DNA of 37,298 nucleotides from positions 1-37,298 of IMG/VR virus record IMGVR_UViG_3300030095_004454, one strand, 5' to 3'. Positions 1 through 8,630 of this stretch are shown here, one piece after another (the stretch's first letter is position 1; every line of letters begins with the position of its first letter). The notes below the pieces were generated by a model, which saw only the letters and a list, made by a program, of their open reading frames with translations, made no database searches and had not been told where the DNA came from. This stretch comes from a virus. Taxonomy: Duplodnaviria > Caudoviricetes. A program made the position numbers and the translations under genes.

Positions 1-359
1 AAAAAGCAGATGAAATTCCTTTTGATGGTTGGACTCAATCAATGAATGATTACAGCCTATTCGTAAAGAGGATATGTAATCTAATAGGATATGATACTCG
101 CATGGTTGGTTATATTAAAGATAAGCAAATAAGTGCCAGAGCATATACTAATGGAAAGACTAAAATCACTTTTAATTTAGCACATTATAAAGGTGGTTTG
201 AATTTTGATCCCTACAATGAAGATAATCTGGGTACTATCTTACACGAACTAGCCCATCATAAGGTAGACGAAAAGCTGTCGCATGGAAGTGATTGGTATC
301 ACGAATTAGAGCGAATAGCCGGGAAATTCGTCAAACATCATCTAGTGAAATTAATGTAA
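1..359 (+). CDS. 5'-truncated protein with C-terminal zincin-like (HExxH) metallopeptidase motif
   Basis: Frame is open from position 3, upstream of ATG 42; motif TILHELAHH followed by HGSDWY, as in SprT/WLM-like domains. Confidence 0.6.
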   Translation, partial: KADEIPFDGWTQSMNDYSLFVKRICNLIGYDTRMVGYIKDKQISARAYTNGKTKITFNLAHYKGGLNFDPYNEDNLGTILHELAHHKVDEKLSHGSDWYHELERIAGKFVKHHLVKLM

Positions 360-377
360 ATTAAATTAGTTGATGTC

Positions 378-427
378 AGCATGGTAAAGGTTCGATTCCT
401 TTATCATGCTCTGTCGCATGGTGCGAC
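378..427 (+). ncRNA. tRNA-minihelix-like T-loop hairpin plus second hairpin in 5' UTR
   Basis: 13-bp stem 378-390/398-410 (one G-U) closing loop TTCGATT; then GTCGCA-TGG-TGCGAC 413-427. Confidence 0.65.
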
Positions 428-458
428 TAATCTCAACAAAATAAATGGAGGTAAACTT

Positions 459-899
459 ATGTTTACAGTTAATGTTAAAAATGAAATGTCGGATAAGACA
501 CTTTGTAACATCATACAGATTGCCATTGAAGGTGGTATCAATTATTGGTGTAGGTCAGTAATTGTCTGGGATAATGATAATCAATTCAGACCCCCTAATC
601 TACCAGAGCATTGTATGGATGATTTTATCAAAGAAAAACTCACATCAAATATATTCAATTTTGATAAGTGGGAAGACGCTGATTATGATAAATATTGTCT
701 TAGGTTTATATTATCTGAACCTTTTGAAAATGGGCAATTAGAATACGATATAAACTATCATGACTTAGTTGATGCTGTAGAAACATGGATGAATGATAAC
801 AAATTCGTTTCACTTGGAGTTGATGGCGATAATCTGGATGCCGGTGATTGTGATTCAATAGTGCAAATTGCTTTGTTTGGAAAGGTGGTGTTTGGATAA
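459..899 (+). CDS. hypothetical early phage protein (start reassigned from 381)
   Basis: AATGGAGGT RBS 444-452 precedes in-frame ATG 459; motifs EGGINYW and DSIVQIALFGKVVFG. Confidence 0.75.
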   Translation: MFTVNVKNEMSDKTLCNIIQIAIEGGINYWCRSVIVWDNDNQFRPPNLPEHCMDDFIKEKLTSNIFNFDKWEDADYDKYCLRFILSEPFENGQLEYDINYHDLVDAVETWMNDNKFVSLGVDGDNLDAGDCDSIVQIALFGKVVFG

Positions 900-1156
900 T
901 GGCATATATAGGATGTGAAGTAATACACAAATGCAGTAATGGATATGAGTATTACTACCACGAAGAGGAACTAATAGGATTAGTTCAAGATAGGATATAT
1001 GTAGATGAAAGTATCATACGAAAAGCAATAGATGATTTGTCGGAAATGAAAATCATATCAACAGAATGTGATAAAAATGGAGAGACAGTTTACGACGATG
1101 GAGACCTTGACCAGATAGTAGATGAAGTAGAATTTGCAAAGGAGTATGAAGGATGA
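899..1156 (+). CDS. small highly acidic protein
   Basis: 85 aa, about 23 D/E vs 7 K/R; TAATG overlap with upstream gene. Confidence 0.75.
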   Translation: MAYIGCEVIHKCSNGYEYYYHEEELIGLVQDRIYVDESIIRKAIDDLSEMKIISTECDKNGETVYDDGDLDQIVDEVEFAKEYEG

Positions 1157-1662
1157 AGAAATTATCATACCAAGCATTAATTCAATACTTTGATTTGGAT
1201 AGGAACAACTGTCTATTGACAAGAGAGGATTTCTGTAAAATCATTACCGATTTTATTAATAACCCAGAAAGAACAAGAAAGGCTTATCTGGACGGATTAA
1301 AAGGTTGGATAAATGAAAGAGCAGAAATGGGATGGCATATTAATGAACCCATAGAGACACATGATGAAGTTTTTGAATTTTGGAATACAGATACAAAACC
1401 AATTCATGTACCAGAAGTCATTGATACCGGAGCGAAAGGCAAAGTGTATCTAAGTGATTGGAAACGAGCAGTAGAAATAAAGGAGATGATATTGTCTAAT
1501 TTTGTACAATGGTATACATCAGATGAAGAAAAACGAAATCACCTTTATAAAGCTATTGATAGTTACATGGAAAATGAAGGATATGAATACATGGAGATTG
1601 ATGTGAAAAATATCTCAGAGATGTTTTGGGATGAAGATGAAGAAAAGGAAAGGGAAAGATGA
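1153..1662 (+). CDS. hypothetical protein
   Basis: ATGA overlap, AAGGAG RBS, 169 aa. Confidence 0.75.
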   Translation: MKKLSYQALIQYFDLDRNNCLLTREDFCKIITDFINNPERTRKAYLDGLKGWINERAEMGWHINEPIETHDEVFEFWNTDTKPIHVPEVIDTGAKGKVYLSDWKRAVEIKEMILSNFVQWYTSDEEKRNHLYKAIDSYMENEGYEYMEIDVKNISEMFWDEDEEKERER

Positions 1663-1844
1663 ACGAATACAGAACAAGACAGAAGTACATTGAAGAAGAG
1701 ATTGATAATGTAGTTTCAATTAGGGCAAACATTACAGAGCAAGATTACTTGCAACTGAAATCCAATGCCATGTTAAAAGGACTAACACTACAGCAATACT
1801 TTGGACAAGTGTTACGGAAAGTCGCTACGAAGAAGAGTAAATAG
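1659..1844 (+). CDS. ribbon-helix-helix-like DNA-binding protein
   Basis: beta strand VSIRANI then helices QDYLQLKSNAMLKG and TLQQYFGQVLR. Confidence 0.5.
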   Translation: MNEYRTRQKYIEEEIDNVVSIRANITEQDYLQLKSNAMLKGLTLQQYFGQVLRKVATKKSK

Positions 1845-1852
1845 AGGAGGTT

Positions 1853-1888
1853 AAAAAAGCCCCTAGCGTAATGCCGGGGGCTTTTTTT
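1853..1888. terminator. bidirectional intrinsic terminator
   Basis: AAAAAAGCCCC...GGGGCTTTTTTT between convergent operons. Confidence 0.85.
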
Positions 1889-1953
1889 GTTTCCTAGACA
1901 TTGGCGGTGCGTTTACATGCATGGCATAACTAGGTACTTGCAAGTAATATGAA

Positions 1954-2199
1954 TTAAACAGCCTCTTTACTGTCTTTCTTCTTAGCCAATCCTTGCAATT
2001 CTTTCCACCGCTTTCTAAGCAATGATAATAATATTTCAAATCTTGTAGGAGATAGATAAATAAGGAAATCTGTATATCCAAATTGAAAGTTCTTAACACG
2101 AATCAATTCATCTACTCCAATGATCAGTTCTGCTTCTATATACTTCCTGAGACATTCCTTCCAATGAGGGTCTTCTCCATAATACTTTTTCTCACTCAT
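1954..2199 (-). CDS. hypothetical protein (start reassigned to ATG 2199)
   Basis: In-frame ATG overlaps stop of upstream small ORF; GAGG RBS. Confidence 0.6.
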   Translation of the reverse strand: MSEKKYYGEDPHWKECLRKYIEAELIIGVDELIRVKNFQFGYTDFLIYLSPTRFEILLSLLRKRWKELQGLAKKKDSKEAV

Positions 2200-2344
2200 T
2201 AAGGGGAGTATTAACCTCAACTTCTACACCGCATTTATCGCAACTATATAAAGAAGATATTCCCTCCCCTTCATACCCTAACTCATCAAATCCAAAATCA
2301 TTATTCCACCTTAATTCAGTATTACACCTACCACATTTCCACAT
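2192..2344 (-). CDS. 50-aa zinc-ribbon protein (not in ORF track)
   Basis: MWKCGRC...YSCDKCGVEVEV, two CxxC pairs, coupled to both neighbours. Confidence 0.7.
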   Translation of the reverse strand: MWKCGRCNTELRWNNDFGFDELGYEGEGISSLYSCDKCGVEVEVNTPLNE

Positions 2345-2667
2345 TATAAATATTCCCCATGCATAGCTAGGTCTTTACCACAATCATCACAGTTTAAATT
2401 CTCTGAAACATTATTTTCTGGTTCTGCTGGTTGATAGGTATAATTAAGATGCTGACAGTTATCTTTTATTTGAATCAATTTAATAGCACAATAAACAAGA
2501 CCATCCATTACTTCCTCCAATGTTTCTTGTAACATATTCCTAGGGTCATCAACAGATATTGCATCACCATATTTTCTAGCACCTTCCATCATTCGTTCAG
2601 CTATCAAGTCAACTATTTTGTCATTAATAGGAGGCTTCTCCCCTACCCTTTTAGACATTTTGGACAT
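2344..2667 (-). CDS. putative all-alpha (MazG-like/dNTP diphosphohydrolase-like) protein with C-terminal zinc ribbon
   Basis: GARKYG and ETLEEVMDGLVY motifs; CQH...CDDC tail. Confidence 0.45.
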   Translation of the reverse strand: MSKMSKRVGEKPPINDKIVDLIAERMMEGARKYGDAISVDDPRNMLQETLEEVMDGLVYCAIKLIQIKDNCQHLNYTYQPAEPENNVSENLNCDDCGKDLAMHGEYL

Positions 2668-2906
2668 ACTTTATAATCCTTCCCAAGTTTTACATAAGAC
2701 TTGTAATACAAATACAGTCTTCTGCCATTCCGATATGTTTCTTCCCATCCAATATCACATTCTGGACAACGACCAATGCTTTTATCTGCATTATCAGTCG
2801 ATGTATCCGTTATTACATTCTTTTGAGGTACTTCTCTATTGTTACCTCTTTCAATGGCATCAATTACCCATTGAATAGTGTTTTTTTTATCATGTGTAGC
2901 CAACAA
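2643..2906 (-). CDS. zinc-finger hypothetical protein
   Basis: CPEC and CPKC pairs. Confidence 0.6.
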   Translation of the reverse strand: MLATHDKKNTIQWVIDAIERGNNREVPQKNVITDTSTDNADKSIGRCPECDIGWEETYRNGRRLYLYYKSYVKLGKDYKVCPKCLKG

Positions 2907-2929
2907 CTTCGCATCCTAACTACCTCCAA

Positions 2930-3160
2930 TTAATCACAAACACCATCTTCGCATTTAGAAGGTGCTAATCCTTTATACTCAGTAACTTCTCCCTTATCTA
3001 ATGCATGTCGAATCATAGAAGTCATTCTAAGTGCATTTTCAACATCATCTTCTTCTATCCAAGTAAACCTATTTTCATTGCCATGAAGAGATAACATCTT
3101 TAAAGATTTTAAAAGTAGGTCTACTCCTAAATCATCTGTTGTTATTTGTATCTTGCTCAT
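2930..3160 (-). CDS. hypothetical protein with terminal CxxxxC
   Basis: 76 aa ending CEDGVCD; ATGA overlap. Confidence 0.65.
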   Translation of the reverse strand: MSKIQITTDDLGVDLLLKSLKMLSLHGNENRFTWIEEDDVENALRMTSMIRHALDKGEVTEYKGLAPSKCEDGVCD

Positions 3161-3435
3161 TCTTTCTCCAACTTGGTTATCTTATATATTTCTCCCCGGT
3201 CTTCTTTAAATAAGACCCAATCACAAGTTCCCAGAGCTAACCATTTAGGAACTGTTTTTCTAACCTTACATTGTATCTTAATACCATCAGCTAGAATATC
3301 AACATCTTCAGCATGGCCTAACGCTAATCCATTAGAACCCCATGCTCTTTTAACATCTTTATAATTCATGCTTTTAAGTTTATCAACACACTCTTTTTCA
3401 AAGCGGTTGCCTTTTGCTTTTGATTTACTAGCCAT
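3157..3435 (-). CDS. Hjc-like Holliday junction resolvase
   Basis: SKAKGNRFE, DILA, IQCK motifs. Confidence 0.75.
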   Translation of the reverse strand: MASKSKAKGNRFEKECVDKLKSMNYKDVKRAWGSNGLALGHAEDVDILADGIKIQCKVRKTVPKWLALGTCDWVLFKEDRGEIYKITKLEKE

Positions 3436-3772
3436 CTTCTATTGCTCTCCCATATCTATAATACCACTCAATCGTAGCATTATCCCCATAAGTAATATCT
3501 CCCCAAGAGGTATCTTCTTTCTCTAAGGAATCCCAACACATCATTTCACATAATTCTTTTATAAGATATTTAGGCATCTTTCTCCAAGTATATCTATAGT
3601 CATAATGCAACACTAAAAAAGATGTTTTATAAATCGTGTCTCGTAATTTCCATCTTAGGTCTAAAGTAAACATTTCTTGCTTACGACTTTTAAACGAACT
3701 ACTTGATAATATTAATGGCTTATTATGAATCATTAGAAGTATGCCCTCCAGTAAATTCCGGGTATCGTTCAT
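3428..3772 (-). CDS. hypothetical protein (start may be ATG overlapping the 3723 stop)
   Basis: Fills the operon gap in frame. Confidence 0.55.
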   Translation of the reverse strand: MNDTRNLLEGILLMIHNKPLILSSSSFKSRKQEMFTLDLRWKLRDTIYKTSFLVLHYDYRYTWRKMPKYLIKELCEMMCWDSLEKEDTSWGDITYGDNATIEWYYRYGRAIEDG

Positions 3773-4220
3773 ATTGCCAAAACCAATTACGATTCCCTTG
3801 ATTGTTTTTTGCCACAGTTAAAGCAAGTGTTATACTGTTAGTGTTTTTATAAGGAACAAAAGCGACTGCTTCTTTGGGAGCAAAAAATACCGCTACGACA
3901 TCTACCCTATTTGATTTTGTATATTTACCCATCTTAACCTCTATCGATGTAGCCGTATTCATCTTAGTAACAGTTTTTATTTGCACACGATCAAATTTAT
4001 GTTGATTTGTTTCCACAACTAAATCGACATGGTTTTCATCTGAAATAGGTCTATAGATTTTATCGGCATAACCTTGCCTAATTAATGTGCGATACACACT
4101 TAGCTCACCATATACCCCAATGGTATTTGTAGAATACTTATTAGAAAAACCATGTTGTTGTTCCCAATTATCCAGAGCGATGTCAACTTCATCTTTATCA
4201 AATTTTACATTATCAGACAT
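3723..4220 (-). CDS. PD-(D/E)XK endonuclease (homing-endonuclease-like family)
   Basis: IGVYGE, HVDLVV, RVQIKT motifs. Confidence 0.7.
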   Translation of the reverse strand: MSDNVKFDKDEVDIALDNWEQQHGFSNKYSTNTIGVYGELSVYRTLIRQGYADKIYRPISDENHVDLVVETNQHKFDRVQIKTVTKMNTATSIEVKMGKYTKSNRVDVVAVFFAPKEAVAFVPYKNTNSITLALTVAKNNQGNRNWFWQYERYPEFTGGHTSNDS

Positions 4221-4481
4221 TTAATCTTTCCGACATAGTAAACATTTACGAATCACTAATTTGTACTTAGGGAAATCTTTGTATTTAACTACCATTTTTT
4301 TATTGGAGGTAGCCGAAGGTTTTACTTCCTCATAAACATAATTACAACCATCGCAATTATATACGGCATAGTTTTGTTTCCAATTCATATTCTTGCCATG
4401 TTTAATCTGCCAATTCTTATTACTTGATGTAGACTCCAATATCCAATCAATGATGTGCGTATCATCTATTTCATTATTCAT
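4221..4481 (-). CDS. zinc-binding hypothetical protein
   Basis: CDGC and CLLC. Confidence 0.6.
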   Translation of the reverse strand: MNNEIDDTHIIDWILESTSSNKNWQIKHGKNMNWKQNYAVYNCDGCNYVYEEVKPSATSNKKMVVKYKDFPKYKLVIRKCLLCRKD

Positions 4482-4483
4482 GT

Positions 4484-5578
4484 CTAACTAAAACTCTTTA
4501 TAAAATTATTCACTATTTGATAATCCTTATCATTCACTAAATCCTCATTATCATTAACAACCTTCTTTTTAGGTTGTGGATTTCTTATTGCTAATTCGTT
4601 CTCATATAATAACTTGTTAAATAAATCACCCTCATTACACTTAGGACATATCTTCTCAGCCTTCCCTTTTTTGTATTCTGTTTTCTCATGGCACTCAATA
4701 CAATACATTGTAATTGTTTCTGATTTGGCAATAACTGTTTCTTTCTGGAACATCTCATTATGTATGGCATAAATACCATCTGTCCAGAAATTCTTAGGAT
4801 GCTTATAAATAAACTTTTTATCCACCTCGCCCTTACCTACTTTGTCTAAATAAAAATCAATAGCCTCTCCTACTCTACCATGCCCACCAACTGTCATTAC
4901 TGCTTTCTCAACTAAATGGCTATACACCCCAAGTTGAATTGAATGATTAAAGAATATTTCATCTAACTTTTTCATTAATAAATGAATCTCTTCTTTATTT
5001 ATTTTTTCCTTCTTATGAGTATTCTTATTGTCTTCTTCTAGTGTAGTCTGCCCTGATTGTGTCCTGATTGTGCCTTCCGTTGTGACCGCCGTTGTGCCCT
5101 CCGTTGTGACCGCCATAGGCTCATTTACTCTCGACAAATGACTGCCCTCCGTTGTGCCTTCCGTACTGCCCTCCGTACTGCCCCCCATAGCGTTCCCCGT
5201 GGGGACTCCCATGTTGGAGTAATTCTTAGGGTCTTGATACGCATTATATTTATTAATTGTAATGACCAGACCCCTAAAACTTTTCTTAGTTCGTATCATT
5301 TCTCTATCTCTTAAGAAGTCTATAGCGGAGCGTATTTGTTTAGTACTATACTTGGTTTTGCGGAATCCTTCGTACCAATGCAAACCCTCCGCTATATGTT
5401 CATAAGTTCCAAACCATTGACCTCTTCTAAATTTTTTACTATCCGCAAAATTTGACCGATGTATAAGGTGGTCGAATACTTCTCTGGTTACTGGTGATGC
5501 GTGTGCAATATCACTTTCCATTATTTTTCTGGCTTTGATATAGTAGCCACCTCTTATTTTATTCTTGATCCCCAACAA
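4484..5578 (-). CDS. replication initiator (lambda O-like) with C-terminal zinc ribbon
   Basis: GYYIKARK...HLIHRSN...RGQ...ITINKYNAYQ winged-helix N-terminus; internal iterons. Confidence 0.75.
   Translation of the reverse strand: MLGIKNKIRGGYYIKARKIMESDIAHASPVTREVFDHLIHRSNFADSKKFRRGQWFGTYEHIAEGLHWYEGFRKTKYSTKQIRSAIDFLRDREMIRTKKSFRGLVITINKYNAYQDPKNYSNMGVPTGNAMGGSTEGSTEGTTEGSHLSRVNEPMAVTTEGTTAVTTEGTIRTQSGQTTLEEDNKNTHKKEKINKEEIHLLMKKLDEIFFNHSIQLGVYSHLVEKAVMTVGGHGRVGEAIDFYLDKVGKGEVDKKFIYKHPKNFWTDGIYAIHNEMFQKETVIAKSETITMYCIECHEKTEYKKGKAEKICPKCNEGDLFNKLLYENELAIRNPQPKKKVVNDNEDLVNDKDYQIVNNFIKSFS
5068..5187. repeat. 12-bp iterons, probable replication origin
   Basis: Two blocks of four units such as TTGTGCCYTCCG, TTGTGACCGCCG, TACTGCCCTCCG beside an AT-rich tract (~4960-5040). 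Confidence 0.75.
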
Positions 5579-6029
5579 TACCCTCCATTTTCATAAAATT
5601 GTCTATAGGTATATAAACACATGGCTCTCTATCTTGGTCATCTCTCATGTTATTCATACCACCCCACCTAACAGCCGATTTCCCTAAACTATTATTACCT
5701 ATAGCATGATGTCTTCTTACCTCTATATAACTAATACAATCATTGTGCCTGATATATAAATAACTCGGAATAGATGTAGACTCATAAAGGTCTATCATCT
5801 TTTTTATCTTATACTGAGCTATCATAAATTCTTTATAGACACCATGTTTATGTCTTCTCCATCTTAATTCTATCCAACCTACCGGTTTTTCATTGACCTC
5901 CGCTAAAAAGTCAACACTATATTTAATAGGTAGTTTGTACAAATCTATATTGTGATTTGATTTCATCCATTTCTGGAAGTTTACTTCTCTCTCTCTATCG
6001 AGATTGTTTTCATATGTTTGCCTTACCAT
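5559..6029 (-). CDS. PD-(D/E)XK-fold nuclease-like protein
   Basis: YSVDF...GWIELRWR. Confidence 0.55.
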   Translation of the reverse strand: MVRQTYENNLDREREVNFQKWMKSNHNIDLYKLPIKYSVDFLAEVNEKPVGWIELRWRRHKHGVYKEFMIAQYKIKKMIDLYESTSIPSYLYIRHNDCISYIEVRRHHAIGNNSLGKSAVRWGGMNNMRDDQDREPCVYIPIDNFMKMEGIVGDQE

Positions 6030-6035
6030 ATAATA

Positions 6036-6075
6036 AGGGGTGTTAAGTCACAAAAAATAAAGGCTCAACACCCCT
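6036..6075 (-). terminator. stem-loop after SSB-like gene
   Basis: AGGGGTGTT/AACACCCCT inverted repeat, weak T tail. Confidence 0.5.
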
Positions 6076-6086
6076 CCGACCCTTTA

Positions 6087-6572
6087 TTAGAAGGGCAACT
6101 CCATATCTTTCTTAATGCTACTTAATGATTCAATAACATTATTTAGCCTAGATACGAGTTCAGTTTTATCCTCACCATTATTACCTATATTTTGAGTAGG
6201 TGCTTGTGGTGTTACTGGTGCAACTTGCTGTACTGGAGGTTGCACCGCTACTGGATTATTGACTGCTTGTTGCTGTTGACCATTAGAACCAAGAGTATCC
6301 ATGTTTACATCATCTACATGAAACACTCCAAAATCAGTCTTAGTAGATGATTTTTTCTCGATTTTAACAGTTTGCCCACTCTTAACACCTTTGGCCATGA
6401 GTAAATCATGTAATCCGGGAGATGCTGTGAATTTGCATTTATCCCCAACATAGTATTGAGGCTTGTCATAGTTGTCTAGTCTAGTAAGATTCCCATCACC
6501 CCACGCTTGAATCGTGACGTTAACCGGGACATCCATATTAAACTTCAACTGCGTCCAATCTGACATCGGCAA
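6087..6572 (-). CDS. putative single-stranded DNA-binding protein
   Basis: Follows exonuclease; Q/P-rich linker; C-terminal DMELPF. Confidence 0.6.
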   Translation of the reverse strand: MPMSDWTQLKFNMDVPVNVTIQAWGDGNLTRLDNYDKPQYYVGDKCKFTASPGLHDLLMAKGVKSGQTVKIEKKSSTKTDFGVFHVDDVNMDTLGSNGQQQQAVNNPVAVQPPVQQVAPVTPQAPTQNIGNNGEDKTELVSRLNNVIESLSSIKKDMELPF

Positions 6573-7377
6573 TTTCCTTTCTTAAGTTGAATTGTACTCT
6601 AGGATTCCATTTTGCTTTCTGCTTATATCCACCATCTTTTGTCATATACTTATTTTGATAAATCTTAAGTATATCTATCCACATTTGAGGCTTTACTTGT
6701 TCTATCTTCAGCGAGTATGTAGGTTTCAATTTGAAGGAATCCTTAAGGTATAGCACAGCAATATGATCGACCTTGTAATCTGGATTTAATTCATTCCAGA
6801 GCATTGCATATGCATTACCTTGAATCATGTGACTATCTTGTTGAGAACCGGTCTTTATATCTAAGATAGTTCTTTGAGCTAAAGAACCTATCTCACAGAC
6901 TTCATCAGCCGTACCAGCAAATCCTAAAGATTCTGAATACATCTGATATTCACATTCTAAAAGTAGTGGCTTGTTATCCTCATAATACTGCATATACGAT
7001 TCAATGTACATGCAAATACTTCTGAGTAAAACACTCTTGCCACCACTCATGGCAATATCAATGATACTACAGTACCGAAATACTATATCTTTGATCTCGC
7101 CAAAACTTAATGTTTCACCATTTTTTAATTTTTCTACACAATAATGAACCGCAGTTCCTTTATTCGCTTTAAAGTTTCTATACCAATCAGCAAAGTGTCC
7201 GTAATTCTTTAGCCATGTATCAAAAGCATAACCTTTATTCATTACATTGCTAAGTACTGTAGTTACAGATGGTACTTTCAATGAGTCATGCCCCCTTAAT
7301 GAATAATATCTACCAAGAGTAGTTACATCTCTTTTAATTTTTTGATGGGTGAATGTACTTGGGTTAGGGTCTTTCAT
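6538..7377 (-). CDS. PD-(D/E)XK (RecB/Cas4-like) exonuclease
   Basis: PSVTTVL, GTAVH, FAGTAD, ILDIKTG, QGNAY motifs. Confidence 0.85.
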   Translation of the reverse strand: MKDPNPSTFTHQKIKRDVTTLGRYYSLRGHDSLKVPSVTTVLSNVMNKGYAFDTWLKNYGHFADWYRNFKANKGTAVHYCVEKLKNGETLSFGEIKDIVFRYCSIIDIAMSGGKSVLLRSICMYIESYMQYYEDNKPLLLECEYQMYSESLGFAGTADEVCEIGSLAQRTILDIKTGSQQDSHMIQGNAYAMLWNELNPDYKVDHIAVLYLKDSFKLKPTYSLKIEQVKPQMWIDILKIYQNKYMTKDGGYKQKAKWNPRVQFNLRKEIADVRLDAVEV

Positions 7378-7395
7378 CTATTCTCCTATATATAA

Positions 7396-7502
7396 AATCG
7401 GTTGCCAGACATGAATTGAGTGGAGGTTGTACCCAATTCGAATCTCATTGTGGTCATATGCGGAGGGTGATTAAGTCGAGATTTCTTAGCCGACAACCGA
7501 TT
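7396..7502. ncRNA. three-way structured intergenic element
   Basis: AATCGGTTG/CAACCGATT closing stem enclosing GAATTG/CAATTC and AATCTC/GAGATT hairpins. Confidence 0.5.
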
Positions 7503-7524
7503 AATAATTTGTGGTATTTTAGCT

Positions 7525-7713
7525 TTAAATGTTTGTGGTTTTTTGTGATATATATTTATCAAGTGATTCCTTTGGTATGCGGTAGGAGCGGTAACCTTGC
7601 TTTAAATAACCTATCTCCTTACTATGTATCATATCCAAAACACTCTGCCTATCTATCTTCAGTATTTCAGCAACTTCCGCAGTTGTGAAAAAAATATATT
7701 GCTCTGTATTCAT
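7525..7713 (-). CDS. excisionase/Cro-like HTH protein (start reassigned to ATG 7713)
   Basis: TTAEVAEILKI...GYRSYRIPKESL, HTH_17-type pattern; divergent from repressor. Confidence 0.8.
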   Translation of the reverse strand: MNTEQYIFFTTAEVAEILKIDRQSVLDMIHSKEIGYLKQGYRSYRIPKESLDKYISQKTTNI

Positions 7714-7759
7714 TATTATTGTTACTTTGTGTTTAATTATGATTAAATTAGTATGATGT

Positions 7760-7788
7760 AATTTAGTGGTAATTAGTGGCGTGTGCAA
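7760..7788 (-). promoter_or_regulatory. sigma70-type lytic promoter with candidate operator in spacer
   Basis: TTGCAC-17-TAAATT; spacer contains CCACTAATTAC. Confidence 0.55.
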
Positions 7789-7825
7789 TACTTTTAATTA
7801 GAATCGTTATAAATGGAGGTCTATA

Positions 7826-8614
7826 ATGGGAACAGACTTAGGAAATATGATAAGAGTTTTTAGAGAGTCTAAAGATTTGAGTCGAAAAGAGTTTTGTAAA
7901 GTAGTTGGTATAAGTACAAGTGGGTTAGCTTATTACGAGAAGGGTGATAGAGAACCATCGGGTAAGGTATTACATAAAATCAGAGAAGGGTTTAGTTTAC
8001 CAAATACATTTTTTACAAAAGAATCAGAGGGAGATATTAAAGGAGAACAATCAATGAATACACAGTTATATGAAGACCATATAAAATTACAAAAACGAGA
8101 AATAAGCAGATTGGAAACGGATATAGATCAGTTACAAGCGACATTGGAAAAATTGGATAAAAAAGAGCCAGAAGAGCATGTTTGGAATGAACTAAATTTT
8201 CATTTTATGGCAGACGTGGAGTTGCATTGGGACGCTTTTGGATTAAATATTGGTAGAACTATTACTAATGTTACCAATATTGAAAAACAATCTGAAATAT
8301 TAGGATATTCTACAAGCAAACTAGAACAGCTTTGGGATGTTGGAGTAAAACACAGAACGATGGACGACCATCCAATAAATTCAATATTACATCCTGAAAC
8401 AATTGAAAATATCAATAAGATTGCAATGTCTTTACCGGCCATGTTTGAAATGGTCAAAAAAATAGTTGGTAATTATTATATACCGAGCAAACTATTATAT
8501 GAGTGTAAGGATGGTTCTTTTATTGGAGGAATATCTTATAATAAAATTATTTGGAGCGAAAAGAAGGTTCGTTCTAAGGTGGAATATATAATCGAAACCG
8601 ATTTTAATCAGTAA
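7826..8614 (+). CDS. XRE-HTH repressor with coiled coil and PAS-like C-terminal domain
   Basis: LSRKEFCKVVGISTSGLAYYEKGDREP HTH; EILGYS, LHPE, KDGS motifs. Confidence 0.75.
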   Translation: MGTDLGNMIRVFRESKDLSRKEFCKVVGISTSGLAYYEKGDREPSGKVLHKIREGFSLPNTFFTKESEGDIKGEQSMNTQLYEDHIKLQKREISRLETDIDQLQATLEKLDKKEPEEHVWNELNFHFMADVELHWDAFGLNIGRTITNVTNIEKQSEILGYSTSKLEQLWDVGVKHRTMDDHPINSILHPETIENINKIAMSLPAMFEMVKKIVGNYYIPSKLLYECKDGSFIGGISYNKIIWSEKKVRSKVEYIIETDFNQ

Positions 8615-8630
8615 AGAGAGGAGGTATTTA

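Noticed and set aside
378-410. Complete tRNA or second attP
   Set aside because: No D or anticodon arm, no arm-type repeats; self-contained hairpin
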